A DNA stretch of 64,000 bases from a virus, in the IMG/VR virus record IMGVR_UViG_3300035703_000025, positions 61,472-125,471 of that record; one strand, given 5' to 3'. A program made the position numbers and the translations under genes. How positions within the stretch are numbered: the first letter of the stretch is position 1; each line of letters opens with the position of its first letter. Below the pieces are notes generated by a model. The model saw nothing but the letters and a program-made list of their open reading frames with translations. It had not been told where the DNA came from and did not search any database. Shown here piece after piece: positions 37,404-47,596 of the stretch.

Positions 37404-39287
37404 TTAATCGTAGTACGAGTAAGAAAACTCCCCAAACTCAACTTCATCAAGTTTAAAATTAACCATGCGTTGTATTTGAAAAACCTTTTCTAGTGCTGTT
37501 ACGCCAAGTATATCAAATTTAACACCGCCTAAATATTCTATGTCAGCGCCTTCTACGTCTATTACCATAGCATCAAGCTTTTCTGAATAAACCATCGGGA
37601 ATAGGTTGCTCAGAGGCTGATCAGCAATAATGATTCCAGCAGCGTGCACACTTTCATTTCTTGGAACCTCTTCTATTCTTAAGGCGTAATCAAAGACCTC
37701 TTTGAACTGTTCGTAGTACTCAGCAATTGACTTAATGTTATCTATATTCCAACGAATAATTCCGTAAGACGGATCTTCTTTTTGCATTTCAACAAGATCA
37801 TCTGAAATCTTCGCTTCTTCAGCAAACTTTTTTGTGATTTGATTTGAAACATCAAAATAATCTGGTGTCGGTTTTAGAAGCTTAAATACTTCTTTTATTG
37901 CGCCACGGCCTTTAAATCTTGAGTGAGTAATAATGTGACCAACACAATCACTTCCGTATTTTTTGCTAATGTACCCAATAAGTGACTCTCTGAAAGATGG
38001 TGGCACATCCATATCGATATCTGGTAAGGAAACGTTTTCTTTTGTGTTTCTGCCTTCATTGTAAAATCTTTCAAATGGAAGTTCTCTCCCTTGGTCATAG
38101 CCAAGTGTTGGGTCTGGTCGCATCGGATCAACGGAAGAAATACCAATGAGATACGAGATCATGCAGCCAGAAGATGAGCCTCTAATGTCTGCTGGAACCC
38201 CCTTTGATCGAAGACTGTTTATGATATCATGAACAATCAAAAAGTAAGCTGACATGCCAGCTTGCTTGAATACCTCAAGCTCGTGCTGTATTCTTTTAAC
38301 GTAAGCTTCCTTTAGGGATGGATCTTGCTTAAACTCTTGAAGAAGACCGGTTGACTTAAAGCCAGACCTGCAAAGTTCGCGCAGATACTCGTGTGGATCA
38401 ACTATTTTGTGGTCTCCAACTTTAAAGCTTGCAAGAATTGGTCGTTCTTGAATTGAGTAGTCTTCAATAAGATCTAAAAGCTTAAGGGTTTTTTCTCCTC
38501 GCTTAAGCTCCTTTGATAGATATCCACGAGACCATCGCTTGTCAAATATGCGAGAATCGTTCATTGCCTCGCAACAAGACCCGCCATCTTCCTTAGCCTT
38601 TGTTAAAAGCTCGTGAAGCTCAATATCTTCCTTATTAAGGTAATGGATATTATGCGAAGGCAGGGCATCTTCAAAAGATTCGCTTATTCTCTTACCAAGA
38701 ACAAGATGGGCTGGAAGAAGGCTGACGTCATAAAACAAGAATACGTTTTCGTATATCTTCTTATAGTTCTCTAGAACTTTTTCAATACGAGACTTCCAAT
38801 CTTTGTGCAGCAGCGTTTCGCACTCATCAGCGGAGTCACTCAAGTAAGCCATTTCGTGGTTTACAAAAGCGCTTGAATAAATTTGGCTCTTAAGATCCCC
38901 AACAAGACAAATAAGACCAGCTTTATATGGATACAGTGACTCTATTTGTGTTCTAGGCATTCCATTAAGTGAAAGGGCCTCCTTTGTCCGGGCCATAGAC
39001 ACAAGTTTAACTATGTTTTTATAGCCTGTTTTATTCTTTGCAAGAAGGGTTATTCGCCCAACAAAATTATCACCACTGTAGGTGTCAAGCTCTACTCCAA
39101 TTATTGGTTTGATGCCAGAGGCTTTGCATTCTTTGAAGAACGGAACAACACCTTTGATATTGTTGTGGTCTGTCATACATATTGCTGGTATGCCGTACTC
39201 TTTGCTCTTTGCAACAAGAGAATCAATTGTTACAACGCTATCAAGAAGTGACCACGCGGTGTGCACATGAACAGGAATATAGCTCAT
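37404..39287 (-). CDS. dnaE: DNA polymerase III alpha, N-terminal part (PHP + palm/thumb)
   Basis: HVHTAWSLLD, TDH, RGSSSG, FERF, catalytic PDIDMD, HAAG, KFDILG. Confidence 0.93.
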   Translation of the reverse strand: MSYIPVHVHTAWSLLDSVVTIDSLVAKSKEYGIPAICMTDHNNIKGVVPFFKECKASGIKPIIGVELDTYSGDNFVGRITLLAKNKTGYKNIVKLVSMARTKEALSLNGMPRTQIESLYPYKAGLICLVGDLKSQIYSSAFVNHEMAYLSDSADECETLLHKDWKSRIEKVLENYKKIYENVFLFYDVSLLPAHLVLGKRISESFEDALPSHNIHYLNKEDIELHELLTKAKEDGGSCCEAMNDSRIFDKRWSRGYLSKELKRGEKTLKLLDLIEDYSIQERPILASFKVGDHKIVDPHEYLRELCRSGFKSTGLLQEFKQDPSLKEAYVKRIQHELEVFKQAGMSAYFLIVHDIINSLRSKGVPADIRGSSSGCMISYLIGISSVDPMRPDPTLGYDQGRELPFERFYNEGRNTKENVSLPDIDMDVPPSFRESLIGYISKKYGSDCVGHIITHSRFKGRGAIKEVFKLLKPTPDYFDVSNQITKKFAEEAKISDDLVEMQKEDPSYGIIRWNIDNIKSIAEYYEQFKEVFDYALRIEEVPRNESVHAAGIIIADQPLSNLFPMVYSEKLDAMVIDVEGADIEYLGGVKFDILGVTALEKVFQIQRMVNFKLDEVEFGEFSYSYYD

Positions 39288-40282
39288 TGGTCGTCTTTAA
39301 AAGTGTTTCTTCTGTCAGATGTTTTAAGGGCCTTTTCCTCGGCCTTCGTCTTACGAACCTCTCCGACTCTAAGTATAGTTTTGTCGATTCCGTTAGCAAC
39401 AAGATAGTTGAAAACATTGTCGCATACACTGCAGCCATTTGAGGTTTTTGTCTTTCCGAAATGGCATGTTGTCTTGCATTTCCACGCCTGTGAACCGTTA
39501 ACCTCTTTAATCCTGGTTGGAAGATGATTGCCCTTTATGGTATTGAAGTGGTCTTTGATAATTGACAAAGTCTCTTTTCTTTGTTCGTCATCAAAACATA
39601 CAGTGAATGGCCCGCCATCGTTTACAAAGTGTATCGTCAAGAGTCTAGTCTTGTACTGTGGGTACAGCATCGAAACGGCCAAATCGTACATTCTTAGCTG
39701 TATATCTTTGCTTGCGAAATAATCATATTCTTTAAGCTCACCTGTCTCCCAAGATTTCCTTGAACCTGTTTTCCAATCAATTATCTCTAGGGTGGTGTCA
39801 TCAAGCTTAGTTATTAGATCAATCGTGCCACGGATTTCGTAGTTTCCAGAAGTGGTTTTCTTGCTGAGCACATCGTAATACTCAAAGGTAAAGCCTGGCA
39901 TTGTTAAAGGTATTCTGAATTGACGCTCCGTGTGCAGAACCTTCAGGTTTCTTGGATCGTACTTCGTGCCTAGAACCTTTTCAATAGACTTAAGGCAAAA
40001 CCTTTTATCGGCACCATCAGCCAAATCAATTCTTCCAGCGTTTTCAGCTTTGTAACGCTTCCAGCATATATCTAGCAAAAGCACGTGATCAAGCAGAAGG
40101 CCATCTTTGTGGCCAAGCTTTGTGGCTTTTGCCATTATTTCAAGTACGTGATGCACAATTGTACCAAGAAGGGCCTTTTTCCCAGACCCGCTTGGTATTT
40201 CAAGTATTGAGTCAAGGAAGAACTGAAACTGACAACCCTCGTAGGTTTTTATTGAAGACGCTCTTAAATACTGGATGTTCAT
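39284..40282 (-). CDS. PD-(D/E)XK exonuclease (RecB/Cas4-like)
   Basis: ASSIKTYEGC, GTIVHHVLE, RGTIDL, IIDWKTG, QLRMY and C-terminal Cys. Confidence 0.88.
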   Translation of the reverse strand: MNIQYLRASSIKTYEGCQFQFFLDSILEIPSGSGKKALLGTIVHHVLEIMAKATKLGHKDGLLLDHVLLLDICWKRYKAENAGRIDLADGADKRFCLKSIEKVLGTKYDPRNLKVLHTERQFRIPLTMPGFTFEYYDVLSKKTTSGNYEIRGTIDLITKLDDTTLEIIDWKTGSRKSWETGELKEYDYFASKDIQLRMYDLAVSMLYPQYKTRLLTIHFVNDGGPFTVCFDDEQRKETLSIIKDHFNTIKGNHLPTRIKEVNGSQAWKCKTTCHFGKTKTSNGCSVCDNVFNYLVANGIDKTILRVGEVRKTKAEEKALKTSDRRNTFKDDQ

Positions 40283-40734
40283 TTCGTGGCCTTTTCAATC
40301 TGATCCTCAACCCTTACAATTGGTTGATTAAATATACGTTCTGAGTTTTTAACAACAACAAGAGTGTTTGCTGTTGACTCTATAAAGTCCTGAGTAGATT
40401 TTATCTTTTTAGGCGAGTAGCCTCCACCGTTTTTTACAAACTTCTGCTTAGAAAGCTTAAGAATCTCCTTGTAGACCTTTTGTATTTGTGGTGGCCATCT
40501 TTCTTCTATGCCTTTAAATGGTATGTAAACTATATACGGTATCTCAGTCTCTTGGCAGGCGTATATAAAATCAAGCTCAAATCCTATTGATGCTCTTGAT
40601 ATACAAATAGAACCATCTACTTCTATAGAGCTGAGCTGCGAGATAATTTGATTTCTAACAAATAGCCTGGCTGGATCGTTAAGATCGTATGCTCCATTAA
40701 AATTTACGGCTTCAGCTTTTATACCAATAATCAT
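40279..40734 (-). CDS. SLOG/YspA-like protein
   Basis: GFELDF…IPYIVYIPFKG.EERW pattern. Confidence 0.55.
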   Translation of the reverse strand: MIIGIKAEAVNFNGAYDLNDPARLFVRNQIISQLSSIEVDGSICISRASIGFELDFIYACQETEIPYIVYIPFKGIEERWPPQIQKVYKEILKLSKQKFVKNGGGYSPKKIKSTQDFIESTANTLVVVKNSERIFNQPIVRVEDQIEKATK

Positions 40735-41369
40735 ATATACTGACTCAGTATTGACTTGATGGATTCGTTTTTCTCATCCATATTCATATCATCGTTTCTG
40801 ATTGTATGAAATTTCTTTATATTGCTAAAGTCATAGTTATCAAGGGCCGTTTCGCTTTCATGCTGGTTGTTCAGTGGGTTTCTTGTAAACTTGATAACTA
40901 TAGGCTCGTAAAAGGTAGCATAGTTAATCTCATTTGGAAATCTCGCGTCTGATATGAGAGCAAAATCTAGACCCTCTTCCTTTATTTTTTTAATTGTCGC
41001 TTGTACCCAGCAGTCTTGGTAAAATCGTCTAAATATATTTGTGCCAAAGACCTGCATGACATCTCTTGCGGTCATGTAATCATCGCATCTTGATCCTGGC
41101 TTGTTTTGCATTATCATTGCTATATCAGTGCTGCACATGGGCAAGTCGCACCACTTGAATCTAGTGTTTGTGTTTTTGTCGGAGTTCTCACCCCAGCATT
41201 GATTATATTCAAGACCCAAAACATTTATGCATACCTGTTTTAGCGCGTCTGCAAATGGATAAACTTTTGATGAATAACCGTGCTCTTTTAGAAAGCCGCG
41301 AACGTAAGAACAAGCAGTGTCTTTTCCGCTCTGCGCTTTGCCCGTCATTATAATTATTTGTGTCTTCAT
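40731..41369 (-). CDS. Deoxynucleoside monophosphate kinase
   Basis: TGKAQSGKDT, FADALK, R..MQ.FGT, ISDARFPNE, HESE; start at ATGA overlap. Confidence 0.88.
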   Translation of the reverse strand: MKTQIIIMTGKAQSGKDTACSYVRGFLKEHGYSSKVYPFADALKQVCINVLGLEYNQCWGENSDKNTNTRFKWCDLPMCSTDIAMIMQNKPGSRCDDYMTARDVMQVFGTNIFRRFYQDCWVQATIKKIKEEGLDFALISDARFPNEINYATFYEPIVIKFTRNPLNNQHESETALDNYDFSNIKKFHTIRNDDMNMDEKNESIKSILSQYI

Positions 41370-42403
41370 TTTGATAGAACTTTTATTTGTGGCAAAACTT
41401 TGCAATTAAATTCTTCCAAAGACAGCATGTCTGGGTCTTTGTTGTCGGTAAGAATTTTAGATATAGAGAATCGTGAATTAAACAAGGATTTTATTTTTGA
41501 GGCAGCTTTTGTTCCAGCTTCGTCAGAATCAAGCATGAGGCCAAGTTTTACAGCGCCAACCGAATGCAGAAGGTCTGCTTGCCTGTTTGACATCGATGAA
41601 CCCATTATACCAACAACGTTTTTTATGCCGTACATGTGCATTCTCCAGCAATCAAAAGGCCCCTCAACAACAACCGCAAATCCAGATGATTTGATTTCGT
41701 CGGCCGCATTGTTTATGTTGTAGATTTCAATCGATTTGTTGAATCCCTTTGGGTAGTGTCTCCATTTTGCGTAAAGTTTTCTATACGTTTCATCTATCGT
41801 ATATTTTTCTGGAAAATACCATCCTAGCTTGTTCTTTTCAAATATTGATCTTCCAGTTATACCAACCAAGTCACCGTTAATATTCCTGATTGGAATCATT
41901 AATCTATGGTGGTAGGTCTTTCCATTTAGGGAGACACCAGCTTCGAAAAACTCGCAAACCTCTTCAGTAAACCCCCTTGATTTGATAAACTGATGACATT
42001 TATCAAGTTTCGAGAGCCTGCCATCTGATATAACTTTGTTGCTGATAATTTCTTGACGGTTTCTAATTATTGAAAAATCATTGAAATCGTCTGACTCTAT
42101 TACTGATTGTATCCACTCTATTGCTTCGGCAAAGCTTATTTGCCTTAGCCCACGAACAAGCCCAATAATATCATTGCCGTATTTTTGATGACATCCATGT
42201 GTAAAGCAAGACCAACAGCACTTACCAAAGTGATAACTAAAAGCCGTTGGGTTGTCTCCACCGTGAACGGGGCATTCTTGTTGGACAGAAGAGTTTCCAT
42301 TGAATTCAAAACCAAGAGCCTGCAAGATTTTGTAGTCATTCTCGCAGGCAATCTTTTTGAAGATTTTTATTTCTTCAGAACTCAATATCGTCTTCGTCGT
42401 CAT
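41366..42403 (-). CDS. dnaG: DNA primase (CHC2 Zn finger + TOPRIM)
   Basis: CPVH…CFTHGC, VVEGPFD, LDSDEAG. Confidence 0.92.
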   Translation of the reverse strand: MTTKTILSSEEIKIFKKIACENDYKILQALGFEFNGNSSVQQECPVHGGDNPTAFSYHFGKCCWSCFTHGCHQKYGNDIIGLVRGLRQISFAEAIEWIQSVIESDDFNDFSIIRNRQEIISNKVISDGRLSKLDKCHQFIKSRGFTEEVCEFFEAGVSLNGKTYHHRLMIPIRNINGDLVGITGRSIFEKNKLGWYFPEKYTIDETYRKLYAKWRHYPKGFNKSIEIYNINNAADEIKSSGFAVVVEGPFDCWRMHMYGIKNVVGIMGSSMSNRQADLLHSVGAVKLGLMLDSDEAGTKAASKIKSLFNSRFSISKILTDNKDPDMLSLEEFNCKVLPQIKVLSK

Positions 42404-43814
42404 TTTGATCAATGTTATTATTCGATTCTAGTATCTCAAAATTAAACTTGCCCTCAATCATTTCGGATCTTTCTAGATTAGATACGATATTTATGTACTC
42501 AGAAGAGGCGTCCATTCCTCCACCGTATCTAGTATCTATTACAATTAGCTTTCTGTCACCGTTTGTCTTGCTGTCTCCAGCAGCGACGTCCTCGTCTGTT
42601 TTCTTTTTCAGGTAAGCGAGGCTTGAGCACAGCCACAAAATTCTATCGCTTCCAGAAACAACGCTGCTATCCTCTTTGCTAATGCCGTCACGGTTAAGCT
42701 GAACCGTAGCAAGAACTGGAACGTCATTTTTAACTGCAAAGTTGTGCAGCTTTGTTATAAAGTCACCTAGGTATTGATACTCTTGGAAATCGCCAACATC
42801 AGCAAGATCCATAGTCTTCAAGTAGTCAAGCATTATTAGGCAGTCTTTGGTGTTTCCGCCTTCGTCACGACCAACAACAGAGGAAATCCAACGCCGAGCT
42901 ATCGACATTATCTCTTCTGGCTTTTTGCCAGCAATGCTAATGTGATAAAACGGCATCTTCTTAATGGAGTCTAGGGCTTGTTCAATGGAAAACTTTAGGT
43001 TCTCCTTTTGGGAAAATTGACCAGTTTCAATTGACCCTTGATCAACACCAGAGTGTAAAGATACCCATTTAACAGACTGGGTTTCTTTTTTCATTTCTGT
43101 ATCAAGATACAAAACTGGTATTCCTTGCTTTGCCATGTTAGCAGCGACGTTCAGGCAGAATGTGCTTTTACCAACCTTTGGTCTAGCACCAACAACATTC
43201 ACTGTTCCTCGTCTATATCCACCGCCAATAGTTTGGTCGTATCGGGGATAACCTGTCGGAATTCCAGCTGACTTTACTGGATTTTCAGCCAGATATTTTA
43301 TATGACCTTCTGCAAATTCACCAATTTGAACAAGGTCGTTTTCACTAGTGACCTCTGGTATAAACTCAAAAACAGAAGACTCAACCGCCGAAGCAACGTC
43401 AACTATGCTTTCTGATCCGCTTAGATCGCCAATTGATTTTATGCCAGACTCTAGCTTCTTTTTTAGTAAACGGCAAAGACTCCAGAACTTTACCTGTCTT
43501 GCAAAGTGTTGATAATCGCCCTTTTCAGATTCAATTGCCTGTATTGCTTGGATTGACTGTGATTCTTTTGATGAAACCTGCCCAGTTTTTGACAGCTCGG
43601 AAACCAAAAGCTGTGGGCTTATTTTGCCTGAGTTTCCAGATTCGGCAAGGGAGGCAATTGCAAAGAAGCATTTCCCCAAAAGGGCGTCACCGAAATCAGA
43701 ATCGGAAATAGCAATATCGCTTGAGTAAATAACATCAGCGCCATTGTTCATGGCGCATGATATCAAGCTTTCTTCACAGACAGACTGGTTGTAAGATTTT
43801 ACTTTGCTCTGCAT
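42375..43814 (-). CDS. dnaB: Replicative DNA helicase
   Basis: IPTGY, GARPKVGKS Walker A, LDYL, QLNR. Confidence 0.93.
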   Translation of the reverse strand: MQSKVKSYNQSVCEESLISCAMNNGADVIYSSDIAISDSDFGDALLGKCFFAIASLAESGNSGKISPQLLVSELSKTGQVSSKESQSIQAIQAIESEKGDYQHFARQVKFWSLCRLLKKKLESGIKSIGDLSGSESIVDVASAVESSVFEFIPEVTSENDLVQIGEFAEGHIKYLAENPVKSAGIPTGYPRYDQTIGGGYRRGTVNVVGARPKVGKSTFCLNVAANMAKQGIPVLYLDTEMKKETQSVKWVSLHSGVDQGSIETGQFSQKENLKFSIEQALDSIKKMPFYHISIAGKKPEEIMSIARRWISSVVGRDEGGNTKDCLIMLDYLKTMDLADVGDFQEYQYLGDFITKLHNFAVKNDVPVLATVQLNRDGISKEDSSVVSGSDRILWLCSSLAYLKKKTDEDVAAGDSKTNGDRKLIVIDTRYGGGMDASSEYINIVSNLERSEMIEGKFNFEILESNNNIDQNDDEDDIEF

Positions 43815-44290
43815 TTATTGCACTTTATCTTGATTGAGCTGTCAGATTGTAGCATGCCAGCAGGATACTCTTTGTTGAAATCAAATGTTGTCGCACAAAC
43901 CTCGCACTTTTTCATATTTGGTCTATAGGCGTCACGATAATGTTTTTTTCGAGAGCTAAGCTTTTTGACTTCTTCTTGATAGTTTGGTAGCGCGTCTTCG
44001 GGAAGCTCAAACTCTTTGCTTGATATGAATCTTTGGTCTCCAGACTGAGCATCATCTTCATGCTCGTCTTGCTCCTGGGATTGAGTATCATACTCGTAGC
44101 CACGATCCTCAATAACATCTTCGAGAAGTATTTTTTTAATGGCCTCAATTTTTTGAGTGTCAATATTGGCGCCTTGCTGCATAATACTTATCGGGGCTGT
44201 CTCTCCAAATATTGTGGTGTAAAACTCACGAACGGACTCCATATCATTTGTAATGATGGCCTTTTGCAGAAAACCTTTAAGATCTTTCAT
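43799..44290 (-). CDS. Hypothetical protein with C-terminal Zn ribbon
   Basis: CEVC…CNKC. Confidence 0.65.
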   Translation of the reverse strand: MKDLKGFLQKAIITNDMESVREFYTTIFGETAPISIMQQGANIDTQKIEAIKKILLEDVIEDRGYEYDTQSQEQDEHEDDAQSGDQRFISSKEFELPEDALPNYQEEVKKLSSRKKHYRDAYRPNMKKCEVCATTFDFNKEYPAGMLQSDSSIKIKCNKCRAK

Positions 44291-44744
44291 TTGTTATTCC
44301 TCTCTTTTCAAAGCAAAGATTTTTTATAGATGAGGCCATAAACTCAATTTTTTTGTCTATGTCCTCGATTGTTTTTAATTGAACTTCGCAGAGTGTTTTT
44401 ATTGAATCTAGCTGCTTCGCCACTGGATCATTGCGCTTAATTATAAGTGACTTTTCAGCTATACCATAGCCGTTTGTGTTTGGTAGCTCTCGGCCGACAA
44501 TAGAGTTGATGTTTGCGTCGCACCAAGAAATATTCGAACGAAGCCTATTTGCTTCGGTTTTAATGTAAAGGCCGTATTGAGAAAGTCGTATACAGTCAAT
44601 AGCAAGATCTTCTCTGTTTGCAGACTTTAAATAATCCCTTGTCATACCAAGAAGCCTATCGACTTCTGGTGGAACCATAATAGCCGCAAACTTAAAGTGG
44701 TCACGAAACTCAGCCATCTTCTTTTGAATTTCAGACCGATCCAT
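44277..44744 (-). CDS. Helical protein, possibly a UvsY-like recombination mediator
   Basis: Coiled-coil ORF near recA. Confidence 0.45.
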   Translation of the reverse strand: MDRSEIQKKMAEFRDHFKFAAIMVPPEVDRLLGMTRDYLKSANREDLAIDCIRLSQYGLYIKTEANRLRSNISWCDANINSIVGRELPNTNGYGIAEKSLIIKRNDPVAKQLDSIKTLCEVQLKTIEDIDKKIEFMASSIKNLCFEKRGITNERS

Positions 44745-45150
44745 CAGATTTTGTGATTCCAAAATATTTCTCCGCTTCTTTGATTGAGTGTAGCTTGATC
44801 AGTCTTATGTTATTAAGTTCGCAAAAAAGTTCTTTCATTTCATCACGCTGCTTTTGATTTTCAAAGTCAGCGATGCTGTCATGAAAAAAGGGGTTCATTT
44901 CACTGTGCTGCTCGCCCTGTATCTCAAAGGCAATTTTGCGCTGAGGCAGATAAAAATCAAGAGATAGCCTAGTGTCTGGTATTGTTATGTCCTCTAGGAT
45001 CGGATCAAGAGGATATTTTTTTGATATCATTTGCCCAATACTGTGCTGTATTTTTGATCTGCAAGTCGCCTTGCTTTTCATTGGCCAAGTCGTCGGGCGT
45101 AAATCCCATGCAATTCTTTTTGATGGATTATTTATTGAAATTACTTGCAT
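44731..45150 (-). CDS. Vsr/DUF559-like endonuclease
   Basis: LDFYLP…AFEIQGEQH…QRDEMK..FC..NNI.LI. Confidence 0.75.
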   Translation of the reverse strand: MQVISINNPSKRIAWDLRPTTWPMKSKATCRSKIQHSIGQMISKKYPLDPILEDITIPDTRLSLDFYLPQRKIAFEIQGEQHSEMNPFFHDSIADFENQKQRDEMKELFCELNNIRLIKLHSIKEAEKYFGITKSDGSV

Positions 45151-46121
45151 GGCATAGCCATTTGCTCTACCTGAGATAGAAGAGAAGAGTAAAGCTTTTC
45201 GTCTTTTCTTAGCAGTTCAACAACAGCTAGTTGGCCTTGAATTTTTTCTTTTGCGCCACCAATGCTATACCAGGCCCCAGCTTTTTGAATAAGACCAAGT
45301 TCGCAGCAAATATTGAACAAATCCATATGCTCATCAACGCCTCTTCCGTAAATTATTGGCACTGTTACTTCTGCGCCAGGGGCGCCAAGCGCTGAAGCAA
45401 TAACATTGAAGTGTGCGTTCTGACCAATAGTCTTGTTAGCGGAGTCATTAATGTCCTGCTTCCATGCAGCCTCTAGCCAAACAGATGCTCCGTACTGAGG
45501 AGCATTGCCACCAACCGCATAGCTCTTCTTTCCAGGCCCTGGGTTTGGATTTGCAATCATGTGAGTCAAGGCAATAAATGTGCTATGCGTAACCGGCAGG
45601 ATCTGGCTGACTCTCTTAAATATCTTGTACATAAGCGTGGCGGTTCCAGCCATTTTAACAGAGTCGCCAATATTAGAAGACAGCTCACCCTCCGGGCAAA
45701 GCGCAGCAATGGAGTCAAGAATGCATATTGAGTGCTCATTATCTTTTAGAGTTTGAAATATAAGATTTAGATAGTCTTCAGCGCTCAATATTTTTGTGCT
45801 GTTAGATCTAACGATGTTTAGATTCTCTTTATTTATATCTGGAAAGCAGTCAACTAGCTCAGTGCGCAAACGGCCCTCTACGTCAAAAAAGAAAGCCTTT
45901 TTAGAGGGGTCTTTTCTGTGGCATTGCTGCACATAGTGCAGTGCTAGAGTTGTTTTACCGATTTTTGGCTTACCGCTTAGAAGAACGCTAGTTCCTTCTG
46001 GAATACCACCAGACAGAGCAATGTCCATTGATATGGTTGTTCTGAATACGCGGCCTTCTTCTTCACGAAGCAGATTTGCTGGAATTAAAAAATCTTCGAC
46101 AACTAGCGGTTTTGTGCTCAT
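45141..46121 (-). CDS. recA: RecA/UvsX-like recombinase
   Basis: DIALSGGIPEG, GKPKIGKTT, ILDSIAAL, GG.A, KAGAWYS. Confidence 0.92.
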   Translation of the reverse strand: MSTKPLVVEDFLIPANLLREEEGRVFRTTISMDIALSGGIPEGTSVLLSGKPKIGKTTLALHYVQQCHRKDPSKKAFFFDVEGRLRTELVDCFPDINKENLNIVRSNSTKILSAEDYLNLIFQTLKDNEHSICILDSIAALCPEGELSSNIGDSVKMAGTATLMYKIFKRVSQILPVTHSTFIALTHMIANPNPGPGKKSYAVGGNAPQYGASVWLEAAWKQDINDSANKTIGQNAHFNVIASALGAPGAEVTVPIIYGRGVDEHMDLFNICCELGLIQKAGAWYSIGGAKEKIQGQLAVVELLRKDEKLYSSLLSQVEQMAMPCK

Positions 46122-46597
46122 ACAAGTCCTTTACGTAGTTTAGGAGCGCGACGAGTGTCTTCAACGGTTATAATGGTCTCATCAAATTTGTTTTTCTTGT
46201 TTTCAGCTTTTGCTTTTTCAAAATCAACCTGCTCATTAAAAAGATTAAAGACCATGGCTTTTTGCTTGTCTGAAGTAAGAAACCTTATCGTTATAATACC
46301 GCGCTCTTTAATATACTTTATTAAGACCGGGGCGCTAAAAACATGAAGCAGATTTTTTACATAGCTAAGCTCAAGTCTAAACTTCTCTGCAAGTGTTTTA
46401 AGCTCTGGCGTAGTTTGCGCGTTTTTTCTCCAAAACGGAGAAATTGGCTTTGAAGCCAAAATACCTTTTTTAATCTTCCACTCTATGTCGTTTAGTATAA
46501 TCAGCTCAGTGATATAAGCTGATGTTTTAATTTTTAAGCCTGAGACGAAATTGCTGTCGTGTTCTTGTTCTTGCATCTTATAAGAGAGAATCCGCAT
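46118..46597 (-). CDS. Hypothetical protein
   Basis: ORF in operon, ATGA coupling. Confidence 0.6.
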   Translation of the reverse strand: MRILSYKMQEQEHDSNFVSGLKIKTSAYITELIILNDIEWKIKKGILASKPISPFWRKNAQTTPELKTLAEKFRLELSYVKNLLHVFSAPVLIKYIKERGIITIRFLTSDKQKAMVFNLFNEQVDFEKAKAENKKNKFDETIITVEDTRRAPKLRKGLV

Positions 46598-46974
46598 TCT
46601 TGCGGAGAGCGCTCCTCAAACATAGTAGCTTCGAGTAAATTGTTATACCAAGTAATTTTCACGATATCATTTTCAAGATATCCAGCGCCGATAAACTCTT
46701 GGGCGTTGCCGTCACCAAAAGTAATTGATGCGCGCTTTCCAAAAAAGTAACCGTCTTTATTCTGAGCGACTGGAACAGAGGTTATATGTGGCTCTGGAAA
46801 CTTTTTGTGAACCCAAAGAGCCATTGATTGTATTTCTTCTGCTCCAGATTCTATTGCGTCTGAAAGCTTAAACCACTCAGCGCCATCATCATTTAGCTTA
46901 TCAAGCCATGTCTTTTCTGATTTAAGATTTACTGACCAGAAAATGTTTAGCTTTGGATCAATAGAGGTGTTCAT
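46534..46974 (-). CDS. Hypothetical protein
   Basis: 146-aa ORF in operon. Confidence 0.65.
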   Translation of the reverse strand: MNTSIDPKLNIFWSVNLKSEKTWLDKLNDDGAEWFKLSDAIESGAEEIQSMALWVHKKFPEPHITSVPVAQNKDGYFFGKRASITFGDGNAQEFIGAGYLENDIVKITWYNNLLEATMFEERSPQECGFSLIRCKNKNTTAISSQA

Positions 46975-46976
46975 TT

Positions 46977-47276
46977 TTATCTACCGTTCATTTGATCAAA
47001 TTTTTCTGATGCTGACTTAGTATGAACATACGCGCCTCTTTCATCTGAAGTAGCACCTGTCTTAAAAACATGAGACTTGATTGGTGCTGGTTTTTCTAGA
47101 TCGGCGTTTTCCTTGTTGGTTTCGCCCTCTATTTTTCTTGAAATAAGAGCGATTACTTCTTCCATCTGATCTTTACTAAGCCTAGCCGCTTCAGCATCAT
47201 CAAAGATTGTGTTTATTGATTTCTTGCATTGGCTAAGAATGGATTTTACTTTTGCCTTGTTCATCTTTTTACGCAA
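46977..47276 (-). CDS. Hypothetical protein
   Basis: 99-aa ORF in operon. Confidence 0.6.
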   Translation of the reverse strand: MRKKMNKAKVKSILSQCKKSINTIFDDAEAARLSKDQMEEVIALISRKIEGETNKENADLEKPAPIKSHVFKTGATSDERGAYVHTKSASEKFDQMNGR

Positions 47277-47596
47277 ATCTCCGCTTTTTTAAGCATTAAA
47301 GGATTTTTTGTTTTTAGATAATCCGCGTAGGCGTCGAATGCTTCTTTTGAGCATTCAGTCAGTTTAAACTCATGCTCTGACCTGCCAGGAAGCTTTTTGT
47401 GAAAATCGTCAATTATTGGGTTAAATATCTTTCTTTGGGCGTTGCTTTGTAGTATGTAGTATCTAGTTCCAGTGTCTGACGACTGCACTTTTGCGCAGGC
47501 TCTAGACTCTTCACTAGCATTACCGTATTCGTTTAGATACTCATTAGAGTATTTCTTTTCGCCACCAAGCTGATCTATTGAGTTTATAAATTTCAT
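47261..47596 (-). CDS. Hypothetical protein
   Basis: 111-aa ORF, ATGA coupling. Confidence 0.65.
   Translation of the reverse strand: MKFINSIDQLGGEKKYSNEYLNEYGNASEESRACAKVQSSDTGTRYYILQSNAQRKIFNPIIDDFHKKLPGRSEHEFKLTECSKEAFDAYADYLKTKNPLMLKKAEICVKR

Noticed and set aside
25530-39287. Split-intein DnaE as in cyanobacteria
   Set aside because: No intein N- or C-terminal motifs on either half, and the split point differs from the Y-x-FN site
39284-40282. CRISPR-Cas locus around the Cas4-like nuclease
   Set aside because: No repeat-spacer array or other cas genes seen; replication context indicates a phage exonuclease
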